The notes under the pieces: generated by a model
The model's database searches: none
What the model saw: only the letters and a program-made list of their open reading frames with translations
Told to the model about the DNA's origin: nothing
Source of the DNA: a bacterium
GTDB lineage: Bacteria; Patescibacteriota; Saccharimonadia; Saccharimonadales; Saccharimonadaceae
DNA: 64,000 bases
Assembly: GCA_963637115.1 (NCBI GenBank)
Contig: CAVHLO010000001.1
Location: 244,333-308,332, forward strand
Direction: 5' to 3'
In this document: piece after piece, positions 1 through 9,890 of the stretch
Position numbering within the stretch: the first letter of the stretch is position 1
Layout: each line of letters starts with the position of its first letter
Program-made: the position numbers and the translations under genes

Positions 1-302
1 TCTTTTAATACTAAGCCAGTCATCTGTGAATGTAACGCGTATGATATGGCCGAAGACAAAATTTTATTTTCTCTTTTCAATAAGTCAATATTTTCTTTAT
101 CACCATTCATTGTGACGACAACAGCCCTTTTGTTCCAATTATCCCCTTTAATACCAACGTAATAAGCTAACCCTAAGTCTTCATACTTAAAACAACAATT
201 ATTAAACGACCGAGATACTGTATTTTTATTTTTTTGCTGCAAATATTGAGTGATATGGTTCAAAAAACCTTGGGGAAATTCATATGTAAAATTCTCACTC
301 AT
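1..302 (-). CDS. hypothetical protein, N-terminal part only (gene runs off the left edge)
   Basis: ATG at 302-300 on the minus strand, 3 nt after the hsdS stop (308-306). The frame stays open to position 1 (MSENFTYEFPQGFLNHITQYLQQKNKNTVSRSF...). Same strand as hsdM-hsdS and tightly packed with them. No family recognised. Confidence 0.4.
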   Translation of the reverse strand, partial: MSENFTYEFPQGFLNHITQYLQQKNKNTVSRSFNNCCFKYEDLGLAYYVGIKGDNWNKRAVVVTMNGDKENIDLLKRENKILSSAISYALHSQMTGLVLK

Positions 303-305
303 TGA

Positions 306-1475
306 TCATGCTCCTCCTGAACTAATTGTCCCATTCATGAGCTTTGGTAGCAATGTGTCGCGAATATTATTTAAAATATTATTTTGCTCCATCAGTTTAT
401 TTATTTTTTCAAGCATTGGTTCGCATACATCATAAAATTTTTGTCTTGCATCCTTTGATGGAAAAATATGTTTGTCGGTAGCGAACGCACTATAAGAAAG
501 CATAGGTTGTGCCGAACCAGAACATCTATCTTTAAAATTATAATTTTGTAATGCAAATACTTCATATGGATAATCAATCTTATTTTTTGGGAGCACATAA
601 AAAGCATTACTTGTGACAGAATATTTTGTTTCATATGACCTGGAAATTGTTCCCGCACCAGCACCAATAGCAGCAATTAATACCGATGGTATATCTAGCG
701 TGTACTCTTTAGAATATCCAAAAATATCACGACCAGCGCCATACACAACGAACGGGTGGTCGTTATTCTGTATGATTGAAACATCATTTTTAGTTAATGC
801 AACGCCTCTTCTAAACTCAAAGAGTTCTCCGAGTGGTTCTACTGTCCAGTCATTGGGGATTACTCCTAATTCTGTCGTTTTGAAATTAACAGTTTTAAAT
901 GGCTCGAGGTCAATAAACCATTTTTTAAAAATTACAGATGCTTGGTTTTCTAAATTTATGCGAATTTTATTGTTGAGCTCGATTTTATTGTCGAAGGCAG
1001 AGAGGATGCGGACAACTTTTTTCTGAGTTTCTAAATCTGGAAGATCTATTTCAAAGTCTAAAATAATATTCTTATTAAGGTTTTGCTGAGCAGCCCCGTT
1101 AGCTAAAATATCCAATTCAACGTATTTATTCTTTAAGGCGTAATAAACATATTCATAAAGAGCCTTCGTTGGATTAATTTCTAAACTACAGCAAGCCTGA
1201 TTAGTGCATAGAGGTACTTTATTAATAGCTACTCTGCCAGCTGTTCCACGGCAATACATTGCGATTATAACAGAATTAGTTTCAATCATCTTAGCTGCAG
1301 AATTTTCTAAACCTAATTGAGTGATATTTTTTTCTGTAGAATAAATTCTGTTGTAATCTACTTCTTTTGTATTAACCCAAGGTATAGTTCCTTCATTATA
1401 ATATTTTGGACATGAACTCTTTGGTGTCCCACCCACCACTGCCTTTAAAGTAATATCTCTTAGCTTATATCTCAT
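306..1475 (-). CDS. hsdS: type I restriction-modification system specificity subunit HsdS
   Basis: Two variable target-recognition halves are separated by conserved helical spacers typical of HsdS (LETQKKVVRILSAFDNKIELNNKI; C-terminal LMEQNNILNNIRDTLLPKLMNG). It lies directly downstream of hsdM. The ATG at 1475 overlaps the hsdM stop by 11 nt; the track start at 1481 is a TTG. Confidence 0.85.
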   Translation of the reverse strand: MRYKLRDITLKAVVGGTPKSSCPKYYNEGTIPWVNTKEVDYNRIYSTEKNITQLGLENSAAKMIETNSVIIAMYCRGTAGRVAINKVPLCTNQACCSLEINPTKALYEYVYYALKNKYVELDILANGAAQQNLNKNIILDFEIDLPDLETQKKVVRILSAFDNKIELNNKIRINLENQASVIFKKWFIDLEPFKTVNFKTTELGVIPNDWTVEPLGELFEFRRGVALTKNDVSIIQNNDHPFVVYGAGRDIFGYSKEYTLDIPSVLIAAIGAGAGTISRSYETKYSVTSNAFYVLPKNKIDYPYEVFALQNYNFKDRCSGSAQPMLSYSAFATDKHIFPSKDARQKFYDVCEPMLEKINKLMEQNNILNNIRDTLLPKLMNGTISSGGA

Positions 1476-2964
1476 ACCCAATCTCGCTTAAAACTGTTTT
1501 AATCTCCTTGTCTAGCTCGGCGGATTTTTGCATTTGCGTGGAGAGCTCAGTGGTGAGGGTTTTCATTTTTTCTTCGAAGGGGATTCCGTCTCCTTCTTCC
1601 TCTTTGATACCTACATAGCGACCTGGGGTTAAAACGTAATCATTGGCTTTAATTTCCTCTAGCGTGGCAGATTTGCAAAAGCCTGCTATATCTTCGTAAT
1701 TTTCGTCATTTTCGAAGGCGTGGTATGTGTTGGCGATTTTCATGATGTCGTCTTCGGAGAGCTCGCGGAGCTTGCGGGTGACCATGGTGCCAAGTTCGTT
1801 GGCGTTAATAAAGAGCGTTTTGCCGCAAGTTTTTCTATTAGTATTACGGTTTAGAATCCAAATTGAGCATGGCACTGTGACGGTGTAGAATAAATTCGTT
1901 GGCATCGACAAAATACAATCGACAAGGTTAGCTTCGAGAAGTTTCTTTCTAATTTCGGCTTCTTGACCGCCAGCAGAAAGTGAGCCGTTGGCGAGAATGA
2001 TTGCGGCTTTGCCGGTGACGGATAATTTTGAAACCATGTGCTCGATCCAAGCATAGTTCGCATTGCCCTTTGGCGGAATACCGAATTTCCAGCGATAATC
2101 ATTGGAGAGTTTTTCTTGGCCCCAATCGCTGAGGTTGAACGGCGGATTTGCCATCACAAAATCGGCTTTTAGATTTTTATGTAAATCTTCAGTAAAAGTG
2201 TCCGCCGCAAATTTGCCAAGATCGCCGTCGATCGAGCGGATGGCGAGATTCATCTTTGCTAATTTCCAAGTGGTTGGGTTTTTCTCTTGACCATAGATTG
2301 AAATATCGCGAGCGTTGCCTTGATGGCGTTGAATAAACTTCAGAGATTGCACAAACATTCCACCAGAGCCGCAGGCGGGATCATAGACACGGCCTTTGTA
2401 TGGCTCGAGGATTTCGACCATTGTACGGACGAGACATGCTGGAGTATAAAATTCGCCGCCTTTTTGGAGCTCATTTGACGCAAATTCACCGAGAAAATAT
2501 TCATAAATTCGTCCGAGTAAATCTTTCTCGGTCGCCTCTTTCGTTCCGATTTTGATATTCGTGAATAAATCAATGATTTCACCAAGGTTTACATTACGAT
2601 TGTCCGGGTCATTATAGACTTTAAACAAAACGCCCTTTAAGGTTGGGTTTTCTTTTTCAATCGAGTCGAGGGCTTTGTCGAGAATTTCGCCAATATTATA
2701 ATCTTTAGCGTGTTTAACGAGGTAGCTCCAGCGAGCATTTTCTGGGACAAAGAAAATATTGTCTTGGATATATGCGTCACGGTCTTCCTCAAACCCCAAT
2801 CCTTCGGCTTTTAATTTCTCGTATTGTTCTTCGAAAGAGTCGGAAATATATTTAAGGAATATTAATCCGAGAATTAAAAATTTATAATTTGTTACCGAAA
2901 TGCCACCACGCATTTTGTCGGCGGCCGCCCAAAGGGTCTTTTCAAGGTCTTTAATATTGCTCAT
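1465..2964 (-). CDS. hsdM: type I restriction-modification system DNA methyltransferase subunit HsdM (N6-adenine)
   Basis: SAM motif DPACGSGGMF, catalytic NPPF (VMANPPFNLSDW), and an HsdM N-terminal domain (LWAAADKMRGG). The first ATG at 2964 gives MSNIKDLEKTLW; the track start at 2979 is a TTG. Confidence 0.9.
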   Translation of the reverse strand: MSNIKDLEKTLWAAADKMRGGISVTNYKFLILGLIFLKYISDSFEEQYEKLKAEGLGFEEDRDAYIQDNIFFVPENARWSYLVKHAKDYNIGEILDKALDSIEKENPTLKGVLFKVYNDPDNRNVNLGEIIDLFTNIKIGTKEATEKDLLGRIYEYFLGEFASNELQKGGEFYTPACLVRTMVEILEPYKGRVYDPACGSGGMFVQSLKFIQRHQGNARDISIYGQEKNPTTWKLAKMNLAIRSIDGDLGKFAADTFTEDLHKNLKADFVMANPPFNLSDWGQEKLSNDYRWKFGIPPKGNANYAWIEHMVSKLSVTGKAAIILANGSLSAGGQEAEIRKKLLEANLVDCILSMPTNLFYTVTVPCSIWILNRNTNRKTCGKTLFINANELGTMVTRKLRELSEDDIMKIANTYHAFENDENYEDIAGFCKSATLEEIKANDYVLTPGRYVGIKEEEGDGIPFEEKMKTLTTELSTQMQKSAELDKEIKTVLSEIGYEI

Positions 2965-3379
2965 AGTTGTAGGTTCCAATTACTCTTATGATTGTTTTTA
3001 AATAAAACCAGTTTTTACAAAAAGAATGCAGCCTTCTGGTGTGTCGGCTGGAACCTACAATTTTTCGCTTTACATCGCAAAGAAATCATAAGACCGACGC
3101 CTTTAAGGCTGCAGTCAAACTTCTTTGAGATGTAAAATAAAAATCTCAAATCAGCGATTTTAAAATTGTAAGTTCCAATTTGATTATACCATATTTGATA
3201 AATTTTTACCCGTCTTTGTCTCTATATTCTTTGAATTTAGATTAAAGAATATCACCGGTTTAATTGATGATAATACTTTTAAAATCTTGTATTTTTCAGT
3301 TGTCTGTGTTATAATGAAGATATATTCCGATGCGGGCGAATCAAACGGAGAGATACCAAAGATGGACCCGCTTTTTTGA

Positions 3380-3886
3380 TTACTTTTGGCGCTTCTTGTA
3401 TGCGATTTTATTCTTTATGCCGACATTATCTAAGAAATCAACATATTTTGGGGTGAAAATTCTGTATAGTGAAGATGTTGAGTGGCGGTTTGGCGATAGC
3501 AACTTGCAAAACCGATTTTTATTCACGAGATATTTAACCATTTTAAAATAATCGCCATCCCCAGACACCAGAATTACATTATCGAATTTTTCCCTATCCG
3601 CGATTTTGGACATAACCGAAAACACGATATCCGTATCTACGTTGCCTTTTTTCTTACCAATCATCGACTGGCTATGCTCTCGAAATACAAGTATAAAACC
3701 AGCTTCCTGAATTAATTCGTAAACGCTTTGATTGTCTTCATTTACTGCGCCAAGAAAATAGTACGCTTTTTCGACATCGTATTGCTCTTTGAGATAAACT
3801 CGAAATCTCTTTAAATCAACTTTCCAACCATGCGCATTGGTATTCATATAAAGATTTTGACCGTCAATGAAGGCTTGGTTATTCAT
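3380..3886 (-). CDS. NYN-domain (LabA/DUF88-like, PIN-related) predicted ribonuclease
   Basis: MNNQAFIDGQNLY..., GNVDTDIVF and VILVSGDGDY are the acidic motifs of NYN/LabA-like domains. ATG start. Confidence 0.7.
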   Translation of the reverse strand: MNNQAFIDGQNLYMNTNAHGWKVDLKRFRVYLKEQYDVEKAYYFLGAVNEDNQSVYELIQEAGFILVFREHSQSMIGKKKGNVDTDIVFSVMSKIADREKFDNVILVSGDGDYFKMVKYLVNKNRFCKLLSPNRHSTSSLYRIFTPKYVDFLDNVGIKNKIAYKKRQK

Positions 3887-4110
3887 TCTTTTTATTTTAC
3901 CATATTTATCTCGTGAAAAATGAAAAAACGGCTAGGTTTATGTCGTTTTCTCGCCGCATATTTGAATCCTAAAATAGAAAGGCTCATCCGAGCCCAAGAA
4001 CGGCGTTAATATTCAAATCATAACTCCCCTAGCAAACATACTAACCCACATCAGCATGCTATAATAATAGAAAATGGTCACATAAAGCGTGGCAGACAGG
4101 AGCCAATAAA

Positions 4111-4356
4111 ATGAAAATAACAAAATTCACAGAATTAGTCGACAACGGCTTTGACGTAGAAATGCGCTACAATGGCAAAACTTATTGGGCCGCATGGTAT
4201 GGCGACAATACGCAAGAAAAAGCTTTTTACGAAGCAGACACTAAAAATGCAATTATATTCACAAAAGCAGGAGAAATTCTAGATAAAGAATATGATGGCT
4301 TCAAAATTCGCAATATGATCGAATCGCTTGACGAAAATGAGGATATCGATTATTAG
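4111..4356 (+). CDS. hypothetical small protein (81 aa)
   Basis: ORF preceded by an extended -10 (TGCTATAAT near 4048-4056) and an AGGAG Shine-Dalgarno. No recognisable family. Confidence 0.5.
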   Translation: MKITKFTELVDNGFDVEMRYNGKTYWAAWYGDNTQEKAFYEADTKNAIIFTKAGEILDKEYDGFKIRNMIESLDENEDIDY

Positions 4357-4457
4357 CAAATGAGAACTTCCTACCATCTGGGTTGCTAATGTTCTAGAAT
4401 GTATTGCTTAGTTCTAGTGAGGTCGGGGAGTACGCTTTCTCGATACTATATTAATGG

Positions 4458-6302
4458 TCATCTCCGGCCGGTGTTGGGGGCGAGGGGGACGGTGAAGGCG
4501 GAAGTCCAGTCCGTGGCGGAGTGGTCTGAGACATCGGGCGTGGTTTCGGCTGAGAATTCTGTGCTTAAGTCGACCGAGGCGGATTCACCGCGACGAGAGT
4601 CGGAAAGAGGGACGAGGGTGAGGGTGTTTGCGATAGAGCGGTCGAGGTCGGCGAGAGTAATTTCGGTGTCGGCGGTGACACCGAGAATGGCGTCGTTTAG
4701 AATGACTAGAGTTTTTGTGCCGCCGGTTTTGAAACTGACTTTTGAGGCAGTGTCCGAGACGATTTCGACGCTGGTAATGCTGAGGCTCGGCAAAGTATTG
4801 TCGTAGGTTTCGTCCGCGTATTCTTCTTCAACTTGCGGAAGGCTGTCAAAACGTTCGATAATGGCGTCGGTCGAGGCTTCGAGTTCAATTTCGTCGGTGG
4901 CAGAGACGACTGCGCCACCAGTGGCCTCGGCGAGAGGTTGATAGGTTTCGAAATTGTATTCTGGAGTGAGAATGTAGAAATTGACTGGATCGATTTGTTG
5001 ACTTAATTTTTTAACGTCATAGAAAGTGGTGCCGTCAAGATCGGGAGAGTGAAAACCGGCGTCGGTTAAAATGACGAGCGATTTAGTCGCGCCAAAACGC
5101 CAGTTGAGTTTTTTCATTACTTGAAATGAGGCCGAAAGTAGAGATTCGGGATCGTCGCCACCGCCTTCGACAGTGATAGCGTCAAGCCCAGCCGTAAAAG
5201 TCTCGAGCGTGCAAGTTTCAAAACTACATCTTTCAACTGGCGCGTAGCCGTCGGCGATGTCGCGATAGTCATAAAGCGCAACTCGCCCGCCAGCATTCAA
5301 AGTTTTTTCGGCAAGGCGCAAGGCTTCGTTGCGATATTTTGAAAATAGCCAAGACATTGAACCGGTGGAATCAATCAGAATTGCGGTGTCGTGGAGCGAA
5401 ATATATTCATTCTTCAAATTGAACGCTTCGGTGATTTTGTTGAAAATAAGTTTGGAGGCGTCTTCGTAAATGCCATCGGTGGCGTAGGCGGTGTGGCTGC
5501 TGATGCTAAAATGCGAGCTACAGAAAATATCGTATTTATTGCACCAAGTGCCGATTTTGCCGGCGTATCCCGATGAAACATAGGGGCTGCGAGCGCCGAG
5601 CAGTCCGACGTAAGCGCGACAATCCGGCACATAAATGCGATATGCGGAAAGATTTTTGCCGCTACAGGCAGCGGGAAAACGTCCGGCGCCTTCGGGTAGA
5701 TAGATTTTGGGGTCGCCGAAGAGCGCGGAGTAGATGACTTTGTCGGAATTGATTTTTGACAGAGCGGTAGGAACGACTAGGGCGCCTTGGGAATAGCCAG
5801 CGAAAACATATTTGGTGTTTTTGCAACTGCTAGTATTGACGGTTGAGACAAGTGAATTCACGCCAGCTTTGACGCTGTCGCCAAAAGCATAGGCGTCGCC
5901 ACGACCGACGAAAGCGCCGATGGTGACGTCGAGATTTTCGACACCGACGCCGATGGCGGGATAGTCGAGGTCGTCGATTTCGTAGTTTAGGGTGCCGGTG
6001 TTTAATTTGGATTCCATGGCGGTTTTGAAAGCGATATAGTGGTCGGTATTGTATCGTTCCCCGCCCGAGCCGCGGACGAAAATGATTTTTAAGTCGGGGC
6101 AACCTTCGGCGTGAGCGAGTTCGAACGGGCGAGAATTAGCAATGAGAATTCCGCCGGAGATAATTGCGGACGCAAGGATTAAGTGCCTGATTTTGATTTT
6201 GTGAGTGTGGGTTTGGTATTTCAACCGAATTTTGTGCCAACATTTTTTTGCGACACTAGCTAGCGGTTGTGGGCGACTAACTCGTTTTGTTTGTGCAGTC
6301 AT
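4458..6302 (-). CDS. secreted cutinase-like serine esterase fused to a von Willebrand factor A (vWA) domain
   Basis: N-terminal membrane/signal segment (LILASAIISGGILIA). Cutinase signature: CPDLKIIFVRGSGG, nucleophile elbow GYSQGA, later YDIFCS and SSHTAY. vWA MIDAS DSTGSMS and LTDAG. Ser/Thr/Asp-rich beta-type C-terminus. AAGGAG Shine-Dalgarno before the ATG at 6302. Confidence 0.75.
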   Translation of the reverse strand: MTAQTKRVSRPQPLASVAKKCWHKIRLKYQTHTHKIKIRHLILASAIISGGILIANSRPFELAHAEGCPDLKIIFVRGSGGERYNTDHYIAFKTAMESKLNTGTLNYEIDDLDYPAIGVGVENLDVTIGAFVGRGDAYAFGDSVKAGVNSLVSTVNTSSCKNTKYVFAGYSQGALVVPTALSKINSDKVIYSALFGDPKIYLPEGAGRFPAACSGKNLSAYRIYVPDCRAYVGLLGARSPYVSSGYAGKIGTWCNKYDIFCSSHFSISSHTAYATDGIYEDASKLIFNKITEAFNLKNEYISLHDTAILIDSTGSMSWLFSKYRNEALRLAEKTLNAGGRVALYDYRDIADGYAPVERCSFETCTLETFTAGLDAITVEGGGDDPESLLSASFQVMKKLNWRFGATKSLVILTDAGFHSPDLDGTTFYDVKKLSQQIDPVNFYILTPEYNFETYQPLAEATGGAVVSATDEIELEASTDAIIERFDSLPQVEEEYADETYDNTLPSLSITSVEIVSDTASKVSFKTGGTKTLVILNDAILGVTADTEITLADLDRSIANTLTLVPLSDSRRGESASVDLSTEFSAETTPDVSDHSATDWTSAFTVPLAPNTGRR

Positions 6303-6564
6303 AAATAACTCCTTTAAGATTTGGGGCTATTTATGCACAACGCACACAAAAAATCAACCGCCAAATGCGAATTTTGCGAGCTTGAGCGTTTTGACCGATG
6401 GGGATTTGGGTTTAGTGTAACCGAGTAGACATTATTAACTCTCCGTGGTATTATTGCACTAATGACAGAGTGAGGCTTGAACGATTTTTATTATTTGTTC
6501 TAGGGAAAGACGATATACGAGAAATGCAAGTTTTTAGAAGATTTAATGATGGGAAGGATATAGT

Positions 6565-7617
6565 ATGAAAAAATGTGTTGGGATTGTATCTTTGTCGAGT
6601 GGGGTGCTGGGCGAAGATTTCGTGAAGCACGAAGTTAGGTTGGTTGAAGAGCGTTTACAAAAGATCTTTGGTTTTAGCTTTAAATATATGAATAATGCTA
6701 AAAAAGGTGAAAAATATTTGGCCGAGCACCCTGAGGCTAAGGCTGCCGACTTAAAACAGGCGTTTTTAGATCCAGAAGTTGATATCATTTGGACGGTTTT
6801 AGGCGGCGACGATACTTTTCGCACCTTGCCATATTTAATGAACGAGGAATTTAAAGAAATTGTACAAAAAAATCCGAAACCATTCCTTGGTTTTTCTGAT
6901 ACGACCAATAATCATTTGATGCTTTATAAAATGGGGTTAAAAACTTTTTATGCGCCTTCGCTTTTTGCTGATATCGCTGAACTTGGCCCAGAGATTTTGC
7001 CATATACCAAAGAATGGCTGGATTTATTGTTTGCTGATACAAAAACCTCTATCACGGTCGAGCCGAGTCCGTTTTGGTATGAAGCTCGAGCCGATTTTAG
7101 CGAAAAACAGCTCGGGGTGGAGCGAATAAAGCATGAAGAAAAGCATGGTTTTGAATTTCTTTATGGTGGCGGTATAATTGAGGGCGAATTACTCGGTGGG
7201 TGCCTAGAAAGTTTGTCGGAAATGTTGACTGGCGGGCGGTATGATGACCAGCTTGAAATTTATGGAAAATACAATATTTTTCCGGCGCCGGCGGAATGGA
7301 AAAATAAAATTGCATTTATTGAAACTAGCGAGGAACGTCCTACCCCAGAAAAAGTTAGAAAAATGTTGGAAGCTTTAGAAAAACAGGGCATTTTTGAAGC
7401 GATTTCTGCGCTGATTATCGGTAAGCCTCAGGATGAGATTTATTATCATGAATATAAAGAAATCTACCAAAAGTTGGCAGAAAAATATTCTTTGCCGACA
7501 GTCTATAATCTAAATTTTGGGCATTCTTCTCCGCGTATGGTATTGCCGTATGGGCGAAAAATGCGGATTGATTTTGAGTGTCAAACAATAACTTTGCCGG
7601 AAGGGTTAGTGGGATAA
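6565..7617 (+). CDS. ldcA: LD-carboxypeptidase / MccF-like serine peptidase (family S66)
   Basis: S66 motifs: DIIWTVLGGDD, nucleophile FLGFSDTTN, C-terminal FGHSSP. Confidence 0.75.
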   Translation: MKKCVGIVSLSSGVLGEDFVKHEVRLVEERLQKIFGFSFKYMNNAKKGEKYLAEHPEAKAADLKQAFLDPEVDIIWTVLGGDDTFRTLPYLMNEEFKEIVQKNPKPFLGFSDTTNNHLMLYKMGLKTFYAPSLFADIAELGPEILPYTKEWLDLLFADTKTSITVEPSPFWYEARADFSEKQLGVERIKHEEKHGFEFLYGGGIIEGELLGGCLESLSEMLTGGRYDDQLEIYGKYNIFPAPAEWKNKIAFIETSEERPTPEKVRKMLEALEKQGIFEAISALIIGKPQDEIYYHEYKEIYQKLAEKYSLPTVYNLNFGHSSPRMVLPYGRKMRIDFECQTITLPEGLVG

Positions 7618-7664
7618 AAAATTTTGGCTAAGGTGTGGTATAATGTAGTAAACAAGGAGAAAAA

Positions 7665-8858
7665 ATGAAAGTATTGTGTGTCAATGCGGGGTCGTCGTCG
7701 TTAAAGTTTCAACTTTATGATATGCCGGCGGAGATTTCGATTATCAGTGGTTATGTGGAGAAAATTGGGGCGAAGGACAGTTTTTATACCATCAAGCACG
7801 AGGGCAAGAAAAACGAAGTGAAGCGAGAAATCAAGGATCACGCCGAGGCGGTAAAAGCGATGCTTGAGGAGCTTTTGAATTATGGCGTGGTGAAAGAGCT
7901 GGAGGAAATTCGCGGGGTAGGACACCGAGTGGTGCATGGGGGCGAAAAATATGCAAAATCGGTAGTGATTACTGACGAGGTAATTAAAGATATTGAGGAA
8001 TTTACGAAGTTTGCGCCGCTACATCACCCTGGGAACTTGGCGGGCATTCGGGCGATGCAAAAGGCTTTGCCAGACGCGACGCAAGTGGCGGTGTTTGACA
8101 CGGCATTTCACCAAACAATTCCGAAAGTGCAATATATGTATCCGGTGCCGATGGAGTGGTACGAAAAATACGGGGTGCGAAAATATGGTTTTCATGGAAC
8201 AAGCCATAAATATATCACCGAGGTGATGCAGAAAAAACTCGGCAAAGAAGATGTGAATTTGATTGTGTGCCATGTCGGGTCGGGGGCGTCGATCACGGCA
8301 GTAAAAGACGGTAAAAGTTATGACACTACCATGGGGCTGACGCCACTAGATGGGCTGATGATGGGTACGCGGTCTGGTTCGATCGATCCATCGATTATCA
8401 AGTACATGATTGACGAGGCGGGCATGACTTATCACAAGGTCGATGAGGCGCTAAATAAAAAGTCGGGGCTGCTCGGGGTGTGCGGATTTAACGACAACCG
8501 CGACGTAGAAAATGCGATCGCGGAAGGCGACGAGAATGCGCGACTGGCACTAGATATGTATGTGGACCGGATTGTGCGCTACATTGCAGAGTACTACTTG
8601 GAGCTAAGCGGCAAAGTGGATGCAATTGTGTTTACGGCCGGTGTGCTAGAAAACGGGGCGGAGACGAGAGAGTCAATTATCGAGGGGTTGGCGCCGCTAG
8701 GAGTGAAAGTCAACACCGAGGTGAATAACGCAATTGCGAGCTTCAAGGAAATTACGAGCGGGATTATCACAACTGAGGATTCGACCATTCCGGTTTATGT
8801 CGAGCCGACCAACGAAGAAGTGATGATTATTCGCGACGCATATAAGCTTTGCCGATAA
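7665..8858 (+). CDS. ackA: acetate kinase
   Basis: MKVLCVNAGSSSLKFQLYDM, HRVVHGGE and YGFHGTSHKY match the acetate/propionate kinase family along the full length. AAGGAG Shine-Dalgarno. Confidence 0.92.
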   Translation: MKVLCVNAGSSSLKFQLYDMPAEISIISGYVEKIGAKDSFYTIKHEGKKNEVKREIKDHAEAVKAMLEELLNYGVVKELEEIRGVGHRVVHGGEKYAKSVVITDEVIKDIEEFTKFAPLHHPGNLAGIRAMQKALPDATQVAVFDTAFHQTIPKVQYMYPVPMEWYEKYGVRKYGFHGTSHKYITEVMQKKLGKEDVNLIVCHVGSGASITAVKDGKSYDTTMGLTPLDGLMMGTRSGSIDPSIIKYMIDEAGMTYHKVDEALNKKSGLLGVCGFNDNRDVENAIAEGDENARLALDMYVDRIVRYIAEYYLELSGKVDAIVFTAGVLENGAETRESIIEGLAPLGVKVNTEVNNAIASFKEITSGIITTEDSTIPVYVEPTNEEVMIIRDAYKLCR

Positions 8859-8887
8859 CTGCTTTCGCCTCGTGCTATAATATAATT

Positions 8888-9832
8888 ATGGACGTCAATG
8901 AACTGATTGGAGATTTTTTGGAGCATCTCGAAGTCGAGAGCGGGAGAAGCAAAAAGACGATTGCAAACTATGAATTGTATTTAGTGCGGTTTTATGAACT
9001 GGCGGAGGAGATTTTGGGCAAAAGTGGGGTGAAGCCTGCTGAAATTACGCAAGAATTATTACGAAAATATCGGTTAAAACTCAATCGGTATGGGTCGGAA
9101 AACGGGAATGACGATTTAAAGACAATTACGCAAGCGTATCATTTGATTGCCCTTAGGGGATTTTTGAAATATTTGGCGCGGCGCGGAATTAAGTCGCTAG
9201 ACCCGTCGCTGGTGGATTTGCCACATGTGATTCGGAAGCAAGTGACGTTTTTGCATTATGACGAAGTGGAAGATATGTTGAACGAAATTGACACTTCGAC
9301 GGAGTCGGGGTTGCGCGATCGGGCGATTATTGAGCTGTTATATTCGGGCGGATTGCGAGTGTCGGAACTGGTGGGACTAAATCGGGATTCGATTAATTTG
9401 GAACGGCGCGAGTTTGTGGTGCGCGGGAAAGGCTCAAAAGACCGGCCGATTTTTATTTCGGAAACTTGCGCGGACCGAGTGCGAGATTATCTTGATGCGC
9501 GAACTGATTCCCTGCCGGCGCTGTTTTTGAACAACTCGCGGAATTTACAAGCGGTAGATACTTCGGGCAATTATCGACGAATGACAGCGCGATCAGTGGA
9601 GCGAATTGTAGAAAAATATGCGCGACTGGCGGGGATTACGAAACATGTTTCGCCCCATACTTTGCGCCATTCGTTTGCGACAGATCTTTTGATGAACGGG
9701 GCGGACCTCAGGTCGGTACAGTCAATGCTCGGGCATGCGGACATCTCGACCACGCAGATTTATACGCACGTAACCGATGCCCATCTCAAAGAAATTCATG
9801 ACAAGTTCCATACAGAAACAAAAGAAGATTAG
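8888..9832 (+). CDS. xerC: tyrosine site-specific recombinase XerC/XerD family
   Basis: SAM-like N-terminal domain plus catalytic R..HxxR..Y (ELLYSGGLRVSEL, HTLRHSFATDLL, LGHADISTTQIYTHV). The ATG at 8888 lies 6 nt after TATAAT (8876-8881). The track start at 8849 is a TTG inside the ackA 3' end. Confidence 0.85.
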   Translation: MDVNELIGDFLEHLEVESGRSKKTIANYELYLVRFYELAEEILGKSGVKPAEITQELLRKYRLKLNRYGSENGNDDLKTITQAYHLIALRGFLKYLARRGIKSLDPSLVDLPHVIRKQVTFLHYDEVEDMLNEIDTSTESGLRDRAIIELLYSGGLRVSELVGLNRDSINLERREFVVRGKGSKDRPIFISETCADRVRDYLDARTDSLPALFLNNSRNLQAVDTSGNYRRMTARSVERIVEKYARLAGITKHVSPHTLRHSFATDLLMNGADLRSVQSMLGHADISTTQIYTHVTDAHLKEIHDKFHTETKED

Positions 9833-9890
9833 TGTTTTTTATGTGCGAGACTAGATGGCAAGTAGCTAGGCTGAGGTAAAAGTCGGCGGG

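Noticed and set aside
3027-3113. Possible SRP (4.5S) RNA because of CCAGAAGG/GCAGCC-like strings
   Set aside because: The conserved domain IV motifs (GGAA tetraloop context, symmetric and asymmetric loops AGCA/GGAA) are not reproduced. I kept it only as an unassigned hairpin.
4458-4490. LAPNTG near the C-terminus of the cutinase-vWA protein as a sortase (LPXTG) signal, or TGA read-through
   Set aside because: No hydrophobic segment or basic tail follows the motif: the ORF ends 2 residues later. Reading through the TGA adds only 3 codons before a TAG. TGA is also used as a normal stop elsewhere, so there is no evidence for code 25 or code 4.
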